Part shown: piece after piece, positions 1 to 8,768 of the stretch
Layout: every line of letters begins with the position of its first letter
Numbering within the stretch: the stretch's first letter is position 1
NCBI GenBank assembly: GCA_030065275.1
Contig: JASJCV010000006.1
Span: 1 to 44,092 of the forward strand
DNA length: 44,092 bases
From: Desulfobacterales bacterium
GTDB taxonomy: Bacteria > Desulfobacterota > Desulfobacteria > Desulfobacterales > UBA5852
Reading direction: 5' to 3'
Program-made: the position numbers and the translations under genes
The notes under the pieces: generated by a model
Told to the model about the DNA's origin: nothing
The model's database searches: none
What the model saw: the letters and a program-made list of their open reading frames with translations, nothing else

Positions 1-192
1 CTCGCCCTCGGAGCGGTCCTTTCCGTGTCGCCACGCGAGGATTACGGCCTTGTGCCCTTGGAATATCTGCCAGCAACCATTCATGGGGCCGTGCGCCAAG
101 ATGACGGTTGACGACCGGGCGATAATCGCCTACCGTTTTTTTAGATATGACGGCATCTTATTCTCACCGCGGCAACCAAAGGAAGGAAGACC

Positions 193-582
193 ATGGCCCG
201 TATCGTGCAGATGCTGGACGGCGTCGCCACCACCCAGTTTGAAATCGATAAACCCGAAATACGGATCGGTCGTTCTCCGGAGTGCGACGTTTTTATTGAC
301 GACACATCGGTCAGCAACCTCCATTGCGTCATCGAAACCGTTGCGGCGACCGACGAAAACCAGCCTCCCGAATACCATATCCGCGACCTGGACAGCACCA
401 ACGGCACCTACGTCAATATCGACCGAGTCCAAAAGGCCCGGCTGGTGCATGAAGATGTCATCCGCGTGGGGTTGAAAAATTTCAAGTTCGTTGACGAGCA
501 AAGCGCTTCGGAGGTCAAGACGGCCAGGATTAAGAAAAGCTGGATTCCGGGGGTGTACTACACCAAGGATAACAAGCCGTGA
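193..582 (+). CDS. FHA domain-containing protein
   Basis: 129-aa ORF with an ATG preceded by GGAAGGA. FHA signature IGRSPECDVFIDDTSVSNLHCVI...YHIRDLDSTNGTYVN (G-R, S..H, NGT.VN pattern). Confidence 0.75.
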   Translation: MARIVQMLDGVATTQFEIDKPEIRIGRSPECDVFIDDTSVSNLHCVIETVAATDENQPPEYHIRDLDSTNGTYVNIDRVQKARLVHEDVIRVGLKNFKFVDEQSASEVKTARIKKSWIPGVYYTKDNKP

Positions 583-659
583 CCGTCCGGGAGGGGCATC
601 TTCCGGCCCCGCACGGCGTTCTCGCCTCCTCTCCTTCCTCGACGCAGCCGCCAGACGGC

Positions 660-842
660 CGGGAAGCGGCGCCTGAGGCCGCCATGCGGCGTTGCTGCGC
701 TCGCGGGCGTGCTCACAACCGGTCGGTTGCTGCGCGTCCCGCTTTACGCCGCGCCTTGTCTGGCGACCTGATGCTTGCTTCTCGGCCGCCTGTATGTTCG
801 CCTGCGGCGTTGAGATCGGCTGCGGCCTTGTGCGGAAACGGA
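660..842 (+). repeat. Structured intergenic repeat, module C copy 1 (second copy at about 23895-24052)
   Basis: Blocks gcggcgcct.a.gccgccatgcggcgttgc, gctcacaa-hairpin-ttgctgcgcg, gcgccttg.ctg.c.a..tgatgcttgc and cttg.gcggaaac are shared with 23903-24050. Not coding: the ORFs here are Arg/Cys/Ala-rich junk. Confidence 0.6.
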
Positions 843-968
843 ATTTGGCCCTCCCGGTTGGTCACACCGCCGGTATTGTTGCTGGGAATTGGTCCCGCGG
901 CGTGAGGATTTGATATTCATAGCCAGCCAAGGCAGTGATCCGCTGGTTTATTTCGTGGGGTTGGGAAT

Positions 969-1733
969 ATGCAATCAATCAATGGTTTCGTCCGGTGTTT
1001 TGTCCGGGTGCTGCTTGCGGGGCTGCTGGTGTCGGCGGGTCTGGCGCTCGCGGGGTGCGCCGTTTCGCCGTCTGTTGGCCCGCCACCGCCGCCAACGCAA
1101 GCCGTCACGCCGGCACCCGATGACGAATTGAGCTGGTGGGTCTGTCGCTTTCGGATTCATTGGCCCGAGGGGGCGTCGCCCGATTGGGCCGTCGATCTGC
1201 TGCTGGCGCATGCCGTGGTGAAGCCCAGCCTGGAAATCTATGCGGAGCGCCTGCCGTACTGGCGTTTCCATCGCCGGGCCGTCCGCGATACAACCGGCCA
1301 CCAGTTCAGTTTCCTTTTTTATACCGACCCGGCAACCGCACGGGCCGTCTACGCATCGCTGGAAGCCAGCCCGCTGCTCGGGCAGTTGAAGGCCCAGGGT
1401 CCGATCACCCGAGTCGTCAAGGACGATCCGGAGCACCCGGTGCGGCCGAACATCGAAGACACCAGCGATACCAAGTGGTCACCGACCCTGCAGCGCCACT
1501 GGCCGGCCTACATCATGGGAGTCAGTCAACTGTGGCTGGGTCTGATCGACGATGCCGTGGTGGAGGCGCCGGCCGAGACGTCTGCGGAAGATAATTCGAT
1601 GGCCATCTACAAGGCCGCTGAAAAACGTGTGTCACAGATCTGGTTCAGAGAGGGCCAGCATGCCTTTCTGCATCATCTGAGCGCCGTTTTCGGCTACCGG
1701 GAGTTGCTGATTGTCAAACCGGTGCGGTTCTGA
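969..1733 (+). CDS. Putative lipoprotein, unknown function
   Basis: 254-aa ORF with an ATG start. Signal peptide with lipobox LALAGC followed by a Pro-rich linker. Protein-like composition. No family recognised. Confidence 0.6.
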   Translation: MQSINGFVRCFVRVLLAGLLVSAGLALAGCAVSPSVGPPPPPTQAVTPAPDDELSWWVCRFRIHWPEGASPDWAVDLLLAHAVVKPSLEIYAERLPYWRFHRRAVRDTTGHQFSFLFYTDPATARAVYASLEASPLLGQLKAQGPITRVVKDDPEHPVRPNIEDTSDTKWSPTLQRHWPAYIMGVSQLWLGLIDDAVVEAPAETSAEDNSMAIYKAAEKRVSQIWFREGQHAFLHHLSAVFGYRELLIVKPVRF

Positions 1734-1823
1734 GGGTCATCGTGCGAATAGCCCCCGATGTTGAATAAAAAAGATGGCCCCAGGTTAAAAAAATAGTATG
1801 GATGCTGAACCTGCAGCGGCCTG

Positions 1824-2948
1824 TTAAGCCATCCCCTCGTGGGCCTTGACGATGTTCAACATCCGCCGCAGCGGTTCGGCGGCCCCCCAGAGGAGTTGAT
1901 CGCCCACCGTGAAAGCCGTCAGGAAGCCTTCGCCGATGGTCATTTTTCGCAGCCGTCCGACCGGTATGTCCAGGGTGCCGGAGATCCTGGCCGGCGTGAG
2001 TTCCTGCATGCTGATTTCTTTTTCGTTGGGAACGACGCGGACCCAGTCGTTGTGCCCCGCGATCCGGTCTTCGATGTCGTCCAGGGGCAGGTCCTGGCGC
2101 AGCTTGATAGTGAAGGCCTGGCTGTGGCAGCGCATGGCGCCGATGCGGATGCACTGCCCGTCGATCGGGACCGCGTTGCCGTCGCGGCCCAGAATCCTGT
2201 TGGTTTCGGCGTAGCCTTTCCACTCTTCCCTGGTCTGGCCGTTTTCCATGGGCCGGTCGATCCAGGGAATCAGGCTCGCCGCCAGAGGCACGCCCCAGCT
2301 GTCCAGCGGCAGGCGGCTGTCGCGCAGCGAAGTCGTGACCTGGCGGTCGAGTGTCAGGATGGTCGTGGCCGCGTCGTCCAGCAGTTCGGCGGCGTCGTTG
2401 CCGATGCTCTGCATCTGCGCCACGAGTTCGCGCATGTTCTGCGCTCCGGCCCCCGATGCGGCCTGATAGGTCATCGATGTCATCCACTCGATCAGATCGG
2501 CTTCGAACAGGCCGCCGAGGGCCATCAGCATCAGGGAGACCGTGCAGTTGCCGCCAATGAAGTCCCTGCCGCCGCTTTCCAGAGCCCGGTCGATGACCCG
2601 CCGGTTGACGGGGTCGAGCACGATGACGCTGTCCGCTTCCATCCGCAGGGTCGAGGCGGCGTCGATCCAGTATCCTTTCCAGCCGCCGTTTCGCAGCCGC
2701 GGGTAGATCTTCTCGGTATAACTGCCGCCCTGGCAGGAGACGATCACGTCCTGTGCGCACAGAAGTTTTTCGTCGTAGGCATCGGCCACGGGCGGGGTGT
2801 CTTTACCGATGTCCGGCCCCTTCTGGCCCGCCTGCGAGGTCGAAAAAAAGACCGGCTCCAGGGCCTGGAAATCGTTTTCGGCTCGCATGCGTTCCATGAG
2901 TACCGAGCCGACCATTCCGCGCCATCCGACAATACCGACTGTGAACAT
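1824..2948 (-). CDS. asd: Aspartate-semialdehyde dehydrogenase
   Basis: ORF 1824..3137 trimmed to the internal ATG at 2948 (MFTVGIVGWRGMVGSV Rossmann N-terminus). Active-site Cys region GGNCTVSLMLMAL. About 374 aa, typical of long-form Asd. Confidence 0.9.
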   Translation of the reverse strand: MFTVGIVGWRGMVGSVLMERMRAENDFQALEPVFFSTSQAGQKGPDIGKDTPPVADAYDEKLLCAQDVIVSCQGGSYTEKIYPRLRNGGWKGYWIDAASTLRMEADSVIVLDPVNRRVIDRALESGGRDFIGGNCTVSLMLMALGGLFEADLIEWMTSMTYQAASGAGAQNMRELVAQMQSIGNDAAELLDDAATTILTLDRQVTTSLRDSRLPLDSWGVPLAASLIPWIDRPMENGQTREEWKGYAETNRILGRDGNAVPIDGQCIRIGAMRCHSQAFTIKLRQDLPLDDIEDRIAGHNDWVRVVPNEKEISMQELTPARISGTLDIPVGRLRKMTIGEGFLTAFTVGDQLLWGAAEPLRRMLNIVKAHEGMA

Positions 2949-3243
2949 GATTCGTCTCTTGCAAAGGTTAAAGGTTGGGGGGTGTTGCCACTCTTCCATA
3001 AAGGGGTGCGCCGGGGCTGTCAAGGGGAGGGTGCTGATTTGGCCGTGCCGTCCGGAAGCGAAGGGACGGAACCGACGCCCGGCCGATTGCGGCTGGACTT
3101 GGCCGGCGGTGGGCGTTGCCAGGCCGGCAAAGCGCAATCGCGAATGCCGGCCGCCAGATTGAAAAAACCCTTAAGACAATATCTATTCGCCTCCCTTCTT
3201 GGTTCGGCGCTATCGGCGTTCTTGGAACGGCCGGTTGATCACA

Positions 3244-3717
3244 TCAGGCCGCTTTTTCCAATTCCGCGATTTCCTCGGCCGTCATTACGCGGTCGATGTC
3301 CAAAAGGATTTTGACGGCGCCGTCCAGGCTGGTCATGCCCTGGATATAGCGCGTGTCCACCCTGGCGCCGAACTCCGGTGCCGGCTCGATTTCGTTGGAT
3401 TTAACCGGTAGCACCTCGGTAACGGCGTCCACCACGATGCCCATCTGCAGGGTGGTATCCGGCCCTTTGACCTCCACCACGATGATGCAGGTGCGATCCG
3501 TGTAGTCGCTTTCGGGCAGGCCGAAACGCAGCCGCAGGTCGGTGACCGGGATCACCTTGCCGCGCAAGTTGATGACCCCCTTGACGAATACCGGGGTGCG
3601 CGGCACGCTGGTAATGTTCATCATGCCGATGATCTCGCGCACCTTGAGCAGCGAGATGCCATAATCTTCTTTGGCCAGTTTAAAGGTCAGATATTTTCCC
3701 GCCTTGTTTTCTTCCAT
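3244..3717 (-). CDS. cheW: Chemotaxis coupling protein CheW
   Basis: 157 aa. CheW-like domain throughout (YLTFKL..EDYGI....V.EI......T.VP..P.FVKGVINLRGKVIPV.DLR). Confidence 0.9.
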   Translation of the reverse strand: MEENKAGKYLTFKLAKEDYGISLLKVREIIGMMNITSVPRTPVFVKGVINLRGKVIPVTDLRLRFGLPESDYTDRTCIIVVEVKGPDTTLQMGIVVDAVTEVLPVKSNEIEPAPEFGARVDTRYIQGMTSLDGAVKILLDIDRVMTAEEIAELEKAA

Positions 3718-3796
3718 GTCTTATTCCTTTCAGCAATTGGGGGACCGGCGGACCGCACGGTAAGGCTTCGCGATCAGCCGGTCCGTGAAGCAGCGC

Positions 3797-5389
3797 CTAA
3801 AAATCGCCAAATGTCTCTTCGCTGGCCAAGGGCCTGGCTGGGGCCGGTGACACCGTGGCGGCACCGGTCAATGATCCCGAAGTTGAAAGGGGCCCAGGCT
3901 CCTTGGAAGATTCCGAGAGGGTACCGGCCTCCCGCCGCAAACCCACCATGGCCGCCAAATGCTCGACAAAAGCCTTCATCTCTTCGGCCTGGGCGTTCAT
4001 TTCCTCGGAGGCCGAAGCCGATTCTTCCGCCGTGGCGGCATTGTTCTGAACCACCTTGTCCATTTCGGTAATGGCCCTGTTGATCTGCTCGACACCCTGG
4101 GCCTGTTCGTTGGAAGCCGCGGCAATCTCGCCCACCAGATCACTGACCTTGACAGTGGCCGCCGATATCTCGTTGAAGGCCTTGTTGGTGGTTTCGACCA
4201 GGCCGGCTCCGCCCTGAATTCGGCCGGAGGTGTCTTCGATCAAATCGGAGGTGTTTTTGGCGGCCTCCGCGGCCCGAATGGCCAGGTTGCGGACCTCGTC
4301 GGCCACGACCGCGAATCCGGCACCTGCCTCGCCCGCACGGGCGGCTTCCACCGCTGCGTTGAGGGCCAGCAGGTTCGTTTGGAAGGCAATTTCGTCGATG
4401 GTTTTAACGATTTTCTGGGTTTCTTCACTGGCCTTGGAAATGGCGGCCATCGAGGTTGTCAACTCCTTCATTTCCCGGCTGGCATTGCCGACGACATCGT
4501 TGGCATTGCGCATCAGTTGGTTGGCCTGGTCGGCATTGCCGGCGTTCTGGCGGGCCATGGCGGCCGTTTCTTCCAGCGAGGACGACATCTCCTCGATGGC
4601 CGCGGCCTGCTCGGAGGAACCGGACGCCATACTCTGACTTGCGGAAGACACCTGGCCGCTTGCCGAAGCCACCTGCAGCGAGGCTTCGTCCAAGCTTGTA
4701 CTGACATCGGACAGGCTTCGTTTGATATTGCGGCTCAGGAAAAAACCGAATGCGGCGGCGCAAATCACGCTCACGCCGATAATTAGGAGGAGTTGCGTGC
4801 CGGCGGCCGCATTCTGGGCCGTAATATTATTCTTGCGTTCTTCGACCGCCCCAACCCCGTCACCAAGCAACTGGTCGATATCCTTTTCAAAGGCATAGAT
4901 TTTTGCCTTAAAGGGCTTCATCCGCTTGTTGGCTTCCTGGGGGGTTATGTTCGCTTCGCCCAAAACCGTATTGCTGAGGTTTAGAAAGCCATCATGGTAG
5001 CCTTGGTAGTTGGCTTTGGCGGATGCGATTCCGGCCAGGATTGTTTCGCGGTTCGGCGTGCTGGTTTCGACCAGCGCCGACAATTGGGATAATTTCGCCA
5101 ACAGTATCTTGGATGATGATTCGAATTTGGTCAGATATTTCTTCTGCTTGTCGGCTTTGCCGATATTCAGGAAGAAATCTTTTTCATAGCGGCGGTGCAT
5201 CAGCGCCTCAATTTTTAGTTCATGCGTCGCCCTTAAGTAGGGCACATCTTTTTTGAAAAAGGCTCCGGCCCCGGCAGTGCTCTTCGAAAGACCATAATAG
5301 CCTATGCCGCCAACCGCTACGCACAGCACCAACAGTAAACCTATCCCCCCATAAATCTTTTGGATGATCGTCAAGTGTTTGAAATTCAT
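3797..5389 (-). CDS. Methyl-accepting chemotaxis protein
   Basis: 530 aa. TM1 ([21 protein letters not shown]), a helical sensor region of about 170 aa, then TM2. Conserved signalling hairpin [46 protein letters not shown] before the ATG. Confidence 0.9.
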   Translation of the reverse strand: MNFKHLTIIQKIYGGIGLLLVLCVAVGGIGYYGLSKSTAGAGAFFKKDVPYLRATHELKIEALMHRRYEKDFFLNIGKADKQKKYLTKFESSSKILLAKLSQLSALVETSTPNRETILAGIASAKANYQGYHDGFLNLSNTVLGEANITPQEANKRMKPFKAKIYAFEKDIDQLLGDGVGAVEERKNNITAQNAAAGTQLLLIIGVSVICAAAFGFFLSRNIKRSLSDVSTSLDEASLQVASASGQVSSASQSMASGSSEQAAAIEEMSSSLEETAAMARQNAGNADQANQLMRNANDVVGNASREMKELTTSMAAISKASEETQKIVKTIDEIAFQTNLLALNAAVEAARAGEAGAGFAVVADEVRNLAIRAAEAAKNTSDLIEDTSGRIQGGAGLVETTNKAFNEISAATVKVSDLVGEIAAASNEQAQGVEQINRAITEMDKVVQNNAATAEESASASEEMNAQAEEMKAFVEHLAAMVGLRREAGTLSESSKEPGPLSTSGSLTGAATVSPAPARPLASEETFGDF

Positions 5390-5665
5390 GCTCTAGCCTC
5401 CCCATGTTTGCACTTGGTGCTTTTTCGTTTCCCCATCTGCGAAACCCAGACGGCCCCTCATGGGGGCCAGACCGGCTTCCTGTCGATTTTTTCGCTTGCA
5501 GGTCAAATTCCAACGGTGCTGTAGACCCCAAAATACATCCGAAAGGTGTTGCGCCCCGAAAGCAAGTTGGTGCCGTTAGTTTCCGCAACGGGCATAGACG
5601 ATCGATCCCGATTTTCCCCTCCGGTGGATGCGATCAGGGTTCGATTCTTGACACATACGGTATTG

Positions 5666-5692
5666 TTATCGCCGTGAAGCGGCCACACTTTA
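5666..5692 (-). promoter_or_regulatory. Candidate sigma-28 (FliA) promoter for the MCP-cheW unit
   Basis: The minus strand reads TAAAGTGT-N11-GGCGATAA against the consensus TAAAGTTT-N11-GCCGATAA (7/8 and 7/8, exact spacing). It lies about 275 nt upstream of the MCP ATG in a 650-nt intergenic region. Confidence 0.5.
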
Positions 5693-6039
5693 TAAATATT
5701 TGATCGATCTCAGTCAGTTGCGCCCCATTTTCCAGCGTGATTGAATAGCGTCTAGTGGAAATCATTAGGGAAAGCGGTCGCCTTTGAATGGCTTGAATTC
5801 GTTAGCGCCCAGGCGACAAGCCGAGCGCAAACGCGATTTACAAACAGCCCTGAATCTTTAAACCAAGCATCCCTGCCCGGCATCGGGGAATGCGGGACTA
5901 AGTTCGCGTACCTCCTGACGGGGATGTCGCTGGCTTGACGAGGTGGCGCCGTGATTGGTCAAAAACGCTTCCGACGCCGGCCGCTGCCATCCGCGGATGC
6001 GTTTCGGCGACCCATGAACGACCAGGAAGGATCCAAAAG

Positions 6040-6933
6040 ATGATGGCCACCGCCAACGGCGCGCTGATCCTGGAAGGCGGTGGTTTGCGGGGCAACTACA
6101 CCGCCGGCGTGCTGCGGTGTCTTATGGACTGCAACCTCTACTTCACGACCGTGATCGGAGTCTCCATGGGGGCCTGCAACGGCTCCAACTATATTTCCCG
6201 CCAGCCCGAACGCAACCGGATCGTCAATACCCGCTTCGTGAACGATCCGCGTTTCATGAGTTATCGGCGGCTGCTGCGCGCCGGCGAACTCTTCGGGATG
6301 GATTTCATTTTCGACACCCTGCCGAATACCCTGGTGCCATTTGATTTCAGGACCTTTCGCGCCAGCCCTCAGCGCTTTATCGTGACGGCCACCGATTGCG
6401 AAACCGGCCGGGCCGTCTATTACGATACCGCGCGGTTGAGCGATGCCGACCTGCTCGAAGTCCTCAAGGCGGGCTGCAGTCTGCCCTTTTTGCAGAAGCC
6501 CGTTCGCTTCGACGGCCGGGTTCTGATGGATGGCGGCGTTGCCGATGCCGTGCCTCTGGAGAAGAGCATTGCCGACGGCAACCGCCGACATGTTCTGGTG
6601 CTGACGCAGCCGGCCGGATTCCGCAAGACGCCCAGCCGTTGGGCGGCCCTGATTCGGCTGCGCTATCCCCGCTACAAGGGGCTTGTCCGTGCATTCTGCA
6701 CCCGGGCCCGGCGATACAATCGCACGATGGCGCGGATTGCACGGCTGGAAGCGGCGGGGGCCGTGTTCGTGATCCGTCCGGCCGCCGCCCTACGGGTCAA
6801 GCGCACCGAAAGGGACAAGCGCAAACTCGAGGCGATCTATCGGCGCGGTTATCGCGATGCCGCCGAACGGTTCGCGGCATTGCAAGCCTACCTGGCGGGC
6901 GCAACGCCGTCTCGCACGGTCATCGACCCGTAA
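6040..6933 (+). CDS. Patatin-like phospholipase family protein
   Basis: ORF trimmed to the ATG at 6040, with AGGAAGG RBS at 6024-6030. Oxyanion motif GGGLRG, nucleophile elbow GVSMGA (GxSxG) and catalytic Asp in MDGGVAD. Confidence 0.8.
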   Translation: MMATANGALILEGGGLRGNYTAGVLRCLMDCNLYFTTVIGVSMGACNGSNYISRQPERNRIVNTRFVNDPRFMSYRRLLRAGELFGMDFIFDTLPNTLVPFDFRTFRASPQRFIVTATDCETGRAVYYDTARLSDADLLEVLKAGCSLPFLQKPVRFDGRVLMDGGVADAVPLEKSIADGNRRHVLVLTQPAGFRKTPSRWAALIRLRYPRYKGLVRAFCTRARRYNRTMARIARLEAAGAVFVIRPAAALRVKRTERDKRKLEAIYRRGYRDAAERFAALQAYLAGATPSRTVIDP

Positions 6934-7188
6934 AAAGGAGGTTTTCACAGGCCACGGCAACCGGTCAATTGGGGCTGCTGGTCGCCTGGTGCGCGTGGCT
7001 AACGGGGAGCGGCGGGTTCAATCCCACCGTGTTGCTTTGACGATGACAGACCAGCGGCTGGCCCATCGGCAGCAGATCAACCGTGGCGTTATTACTCCCT
7101 GCCGGGCACTCGCCAGCCCGATCCCCTACTTCTTGCGCGGCATGCAGCAGGCTCTCCGCGAAGACGTTGAGGATGTTGATGCGATCTT

Positions 7189-7238
7189 TTAGTTGACTAT
7201 GCAATTAATTATATATATTTAGTTGCGTAATCAACTAA
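7189..7238 (+). promoter_or_regulatory. Candidate promoter plus MarR-type operator upstream of the MarR/Fe-S operon
   Basis: TTGACT at 7193-7198 followed by an AT-rich -10 region (TATATT at 7214-7219, 15-nt spacer; other registers are possible). Inverted repeat TTAGTTG-N6-CAACTAA at 7219-7238, plus a third TTAGTTG half-site at 7189-7195. Confidence 0.35.
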
Positions 7239-7254
7239 ATGCGGGGAATCTTCG

Positions 7255-7692
7255 ATGAAACCCTATGATGATCGCCTCATTTTTCTTATCGGCCAGGCGC
7301 GCCACAGTCTGTTTACCCACCTGGACCGGGTGCTGGTCAAACGGGCCGGTGTCACAACGGCCCAGGCCGGCGTTCTTTTTTATCTGATGGCGGATGATGG
7401 CTGTCTGCTTCTGGCATTGAGCCGGGGAATGCAACTGGATAAATCCGCCATAACGCGAATGACCGCGCGGCTGGAGCGTAAGGGACTCATCGAACGGCGC
7501 CCCTGCCCGCGGGACGGGCGAGCGGTCCGGGTTTTCCTGACCGCGGCCGGTCGCCGCGCCGGTGAAGCCTGCCTGTCCAGGGTCAAAACCACCAACACCG
7601 CCATCAAGGAGAATTTCTGGCCTTCCGAAATCGAAAGCTTCAGTCGGGTTCTGCAGACGATCATTCAGCGTTTTACGGAGGAAGAGCGATGA
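7255..7692 (+). CDS. MarR family transcriptional regulator
   Basis: 145 aa. MarR-type winged helix layout (LT.AQAGVLFYL....C.L..LS..MQLDKSAITRM..RLE.KGLIER.....DGR). Confidence 0.85.
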   Translation: MKPYDDRLIFLIGQARHSLFTHLDRVLVKRAGVTTAQAGVLFYLMADDGCLLLALSRGMQLDKSAITRMTARLERKGLIERRPCPRDGRAVRVFLTAAGRRAGEACLSRVKTTNTAIKENFWPSEIESFSRVLQTIIQRFTEEER

Positions 7693-8756
7693 GCACGAAA
7701 GCCCTTTACGAGCGGCTGGCCGAGCATTTCAATCACTTTATCGTCGGAGCCCCCCGAACGGATACCCTCATCCGGATCCTGCAGATTCTCTTCCCGCCGG
7801 AGGAGGCCGAGGTGGCGCTGCACATGCCGGTCCTTCACAAGATGACCCTTGCGGAATTGCAGACCGCCATGTCCCTGCCAGCTTCACGCCTGCCGGTTTT
7901 ACTCGATCGGATGGCCGCACGCGGGACGCTCCAGGTTCATCGTGAAGACGGCCCGGCGGTGCGATACGCCCTGCTGCCCTCGGCCAAGGGGTGGTACGAT
8001 ACACCCTACTGGGACGCACGGCGCAGGACGGACCGCCGACGCCTGGCGCCGCTATGGCTGCAATACCGCGAGGAGGCCTTCGGGGCCGAACTGGCCCGGG
8101 GGGATATGCCCACCTTCCGTACCGTGCCGGTCGGACGGGCCTTGAAGCACGATACCGCTGTCCTGCCATTCGATCGGCTCGGTCCGCAGATCCAAGACCA
8201 GGCCTTTATCGCGTTGTCACCCTGCCCCTGTCGCCAGATCAAGAATGCCGTCGGCGAAGGCTGTGGTCGCAGCCTGGAGGTGTGCTTCAATTTCGGGTCC
8301 CTGGCACGCCACCTGGTGGATCAGGGGATGGGGCGTGAGGTCAGCGTGGCGCAAACGCTGGAGATCGTCAGGGCTTGCGAGGAAGAAGGGCTGGTGCATT
8401 GCGTTGAGAACATCGACGGCTACCTGGGCACCCTTTGCAACTGTTGCGCCTGCTGCTGCCTTTTCATCGACACCCGCAAACGACTGGGGTATGCCGCCCT
8501 GGCATCGTCCGTCTACAGGGCCGAGGTGAATCCGCAGGCCTGCCGGGGCTGCGGCGAGTGTTTGCCGCGTTGTCCCATGGACGCGATCGTGTTGTCCGCC
8601 TCAGAGGTCGCCGTCATCGATCCGGCGGCCTGCCTGGGATGTGGTCATTGCGCGGCGGTTTGCGAAACGGCGGCGATTAATCTCAGGCGGGGTGCGTTGC
8701 CGGACCGCCCACCGGATCTGGCGGCATTTCTGGCGCGCAAGCTCAAAACGGCTTGA
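7689..8756 (+). CDS. Cys-rich Fe-S protein with a C-terminal 2x[4Fe-4S] ferredoxin-type domain
   Basis: 355 aa. The start overlaps the MarR stop (ATGA). Motifs CRGCGECLPRCP and CLGCGHCAAVCE, plus upstream Cys clusters SPCPCRQ and CNCCACCC. Confidence 0.7.
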   Translation: MSTKALYERLAEHFNHFIVGAPRTDTLIRILQILFPPEEAEVALHMPVLHKMTLAELQTAMSLPASRLPVLLDRMAARGTLQVHREDGPAVRYALLPSAKGWYDTPYWDARRRTDRRRLAPLWLQYREEAFGAELARGDMPTFRTVPVGRALKHDTAVLPFDRLGPQIQDQAFIALSPCPCRQIKNAVGEGCGRSLEVCFNFGSLARHLVDQGMGREVSVAQTLEIVRACEEEGLVHCVENIDGYLGTLCNCCACCCLFIDTRKRLGYAALASSVYRAEVNPQACRGCGECLPRCPMDAIVLSASEVAVIDPAACLGCGHCAAVCETAAINLRRGALPDRPPDLAAFLARKLKTA

Positions 8757-8768
8757 TAGCGGTGGCCG

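Noticed and set aside
5404-5703. A 99-aa plus-strand ORF, with overlapping minus-strand ORFs, in the 650-nt MCP-patatin intergenic region.
   Set aside because: No RBS and atypical composition. The region is better explained as the MCP leader and promoter region containing the sigma-28-like element.
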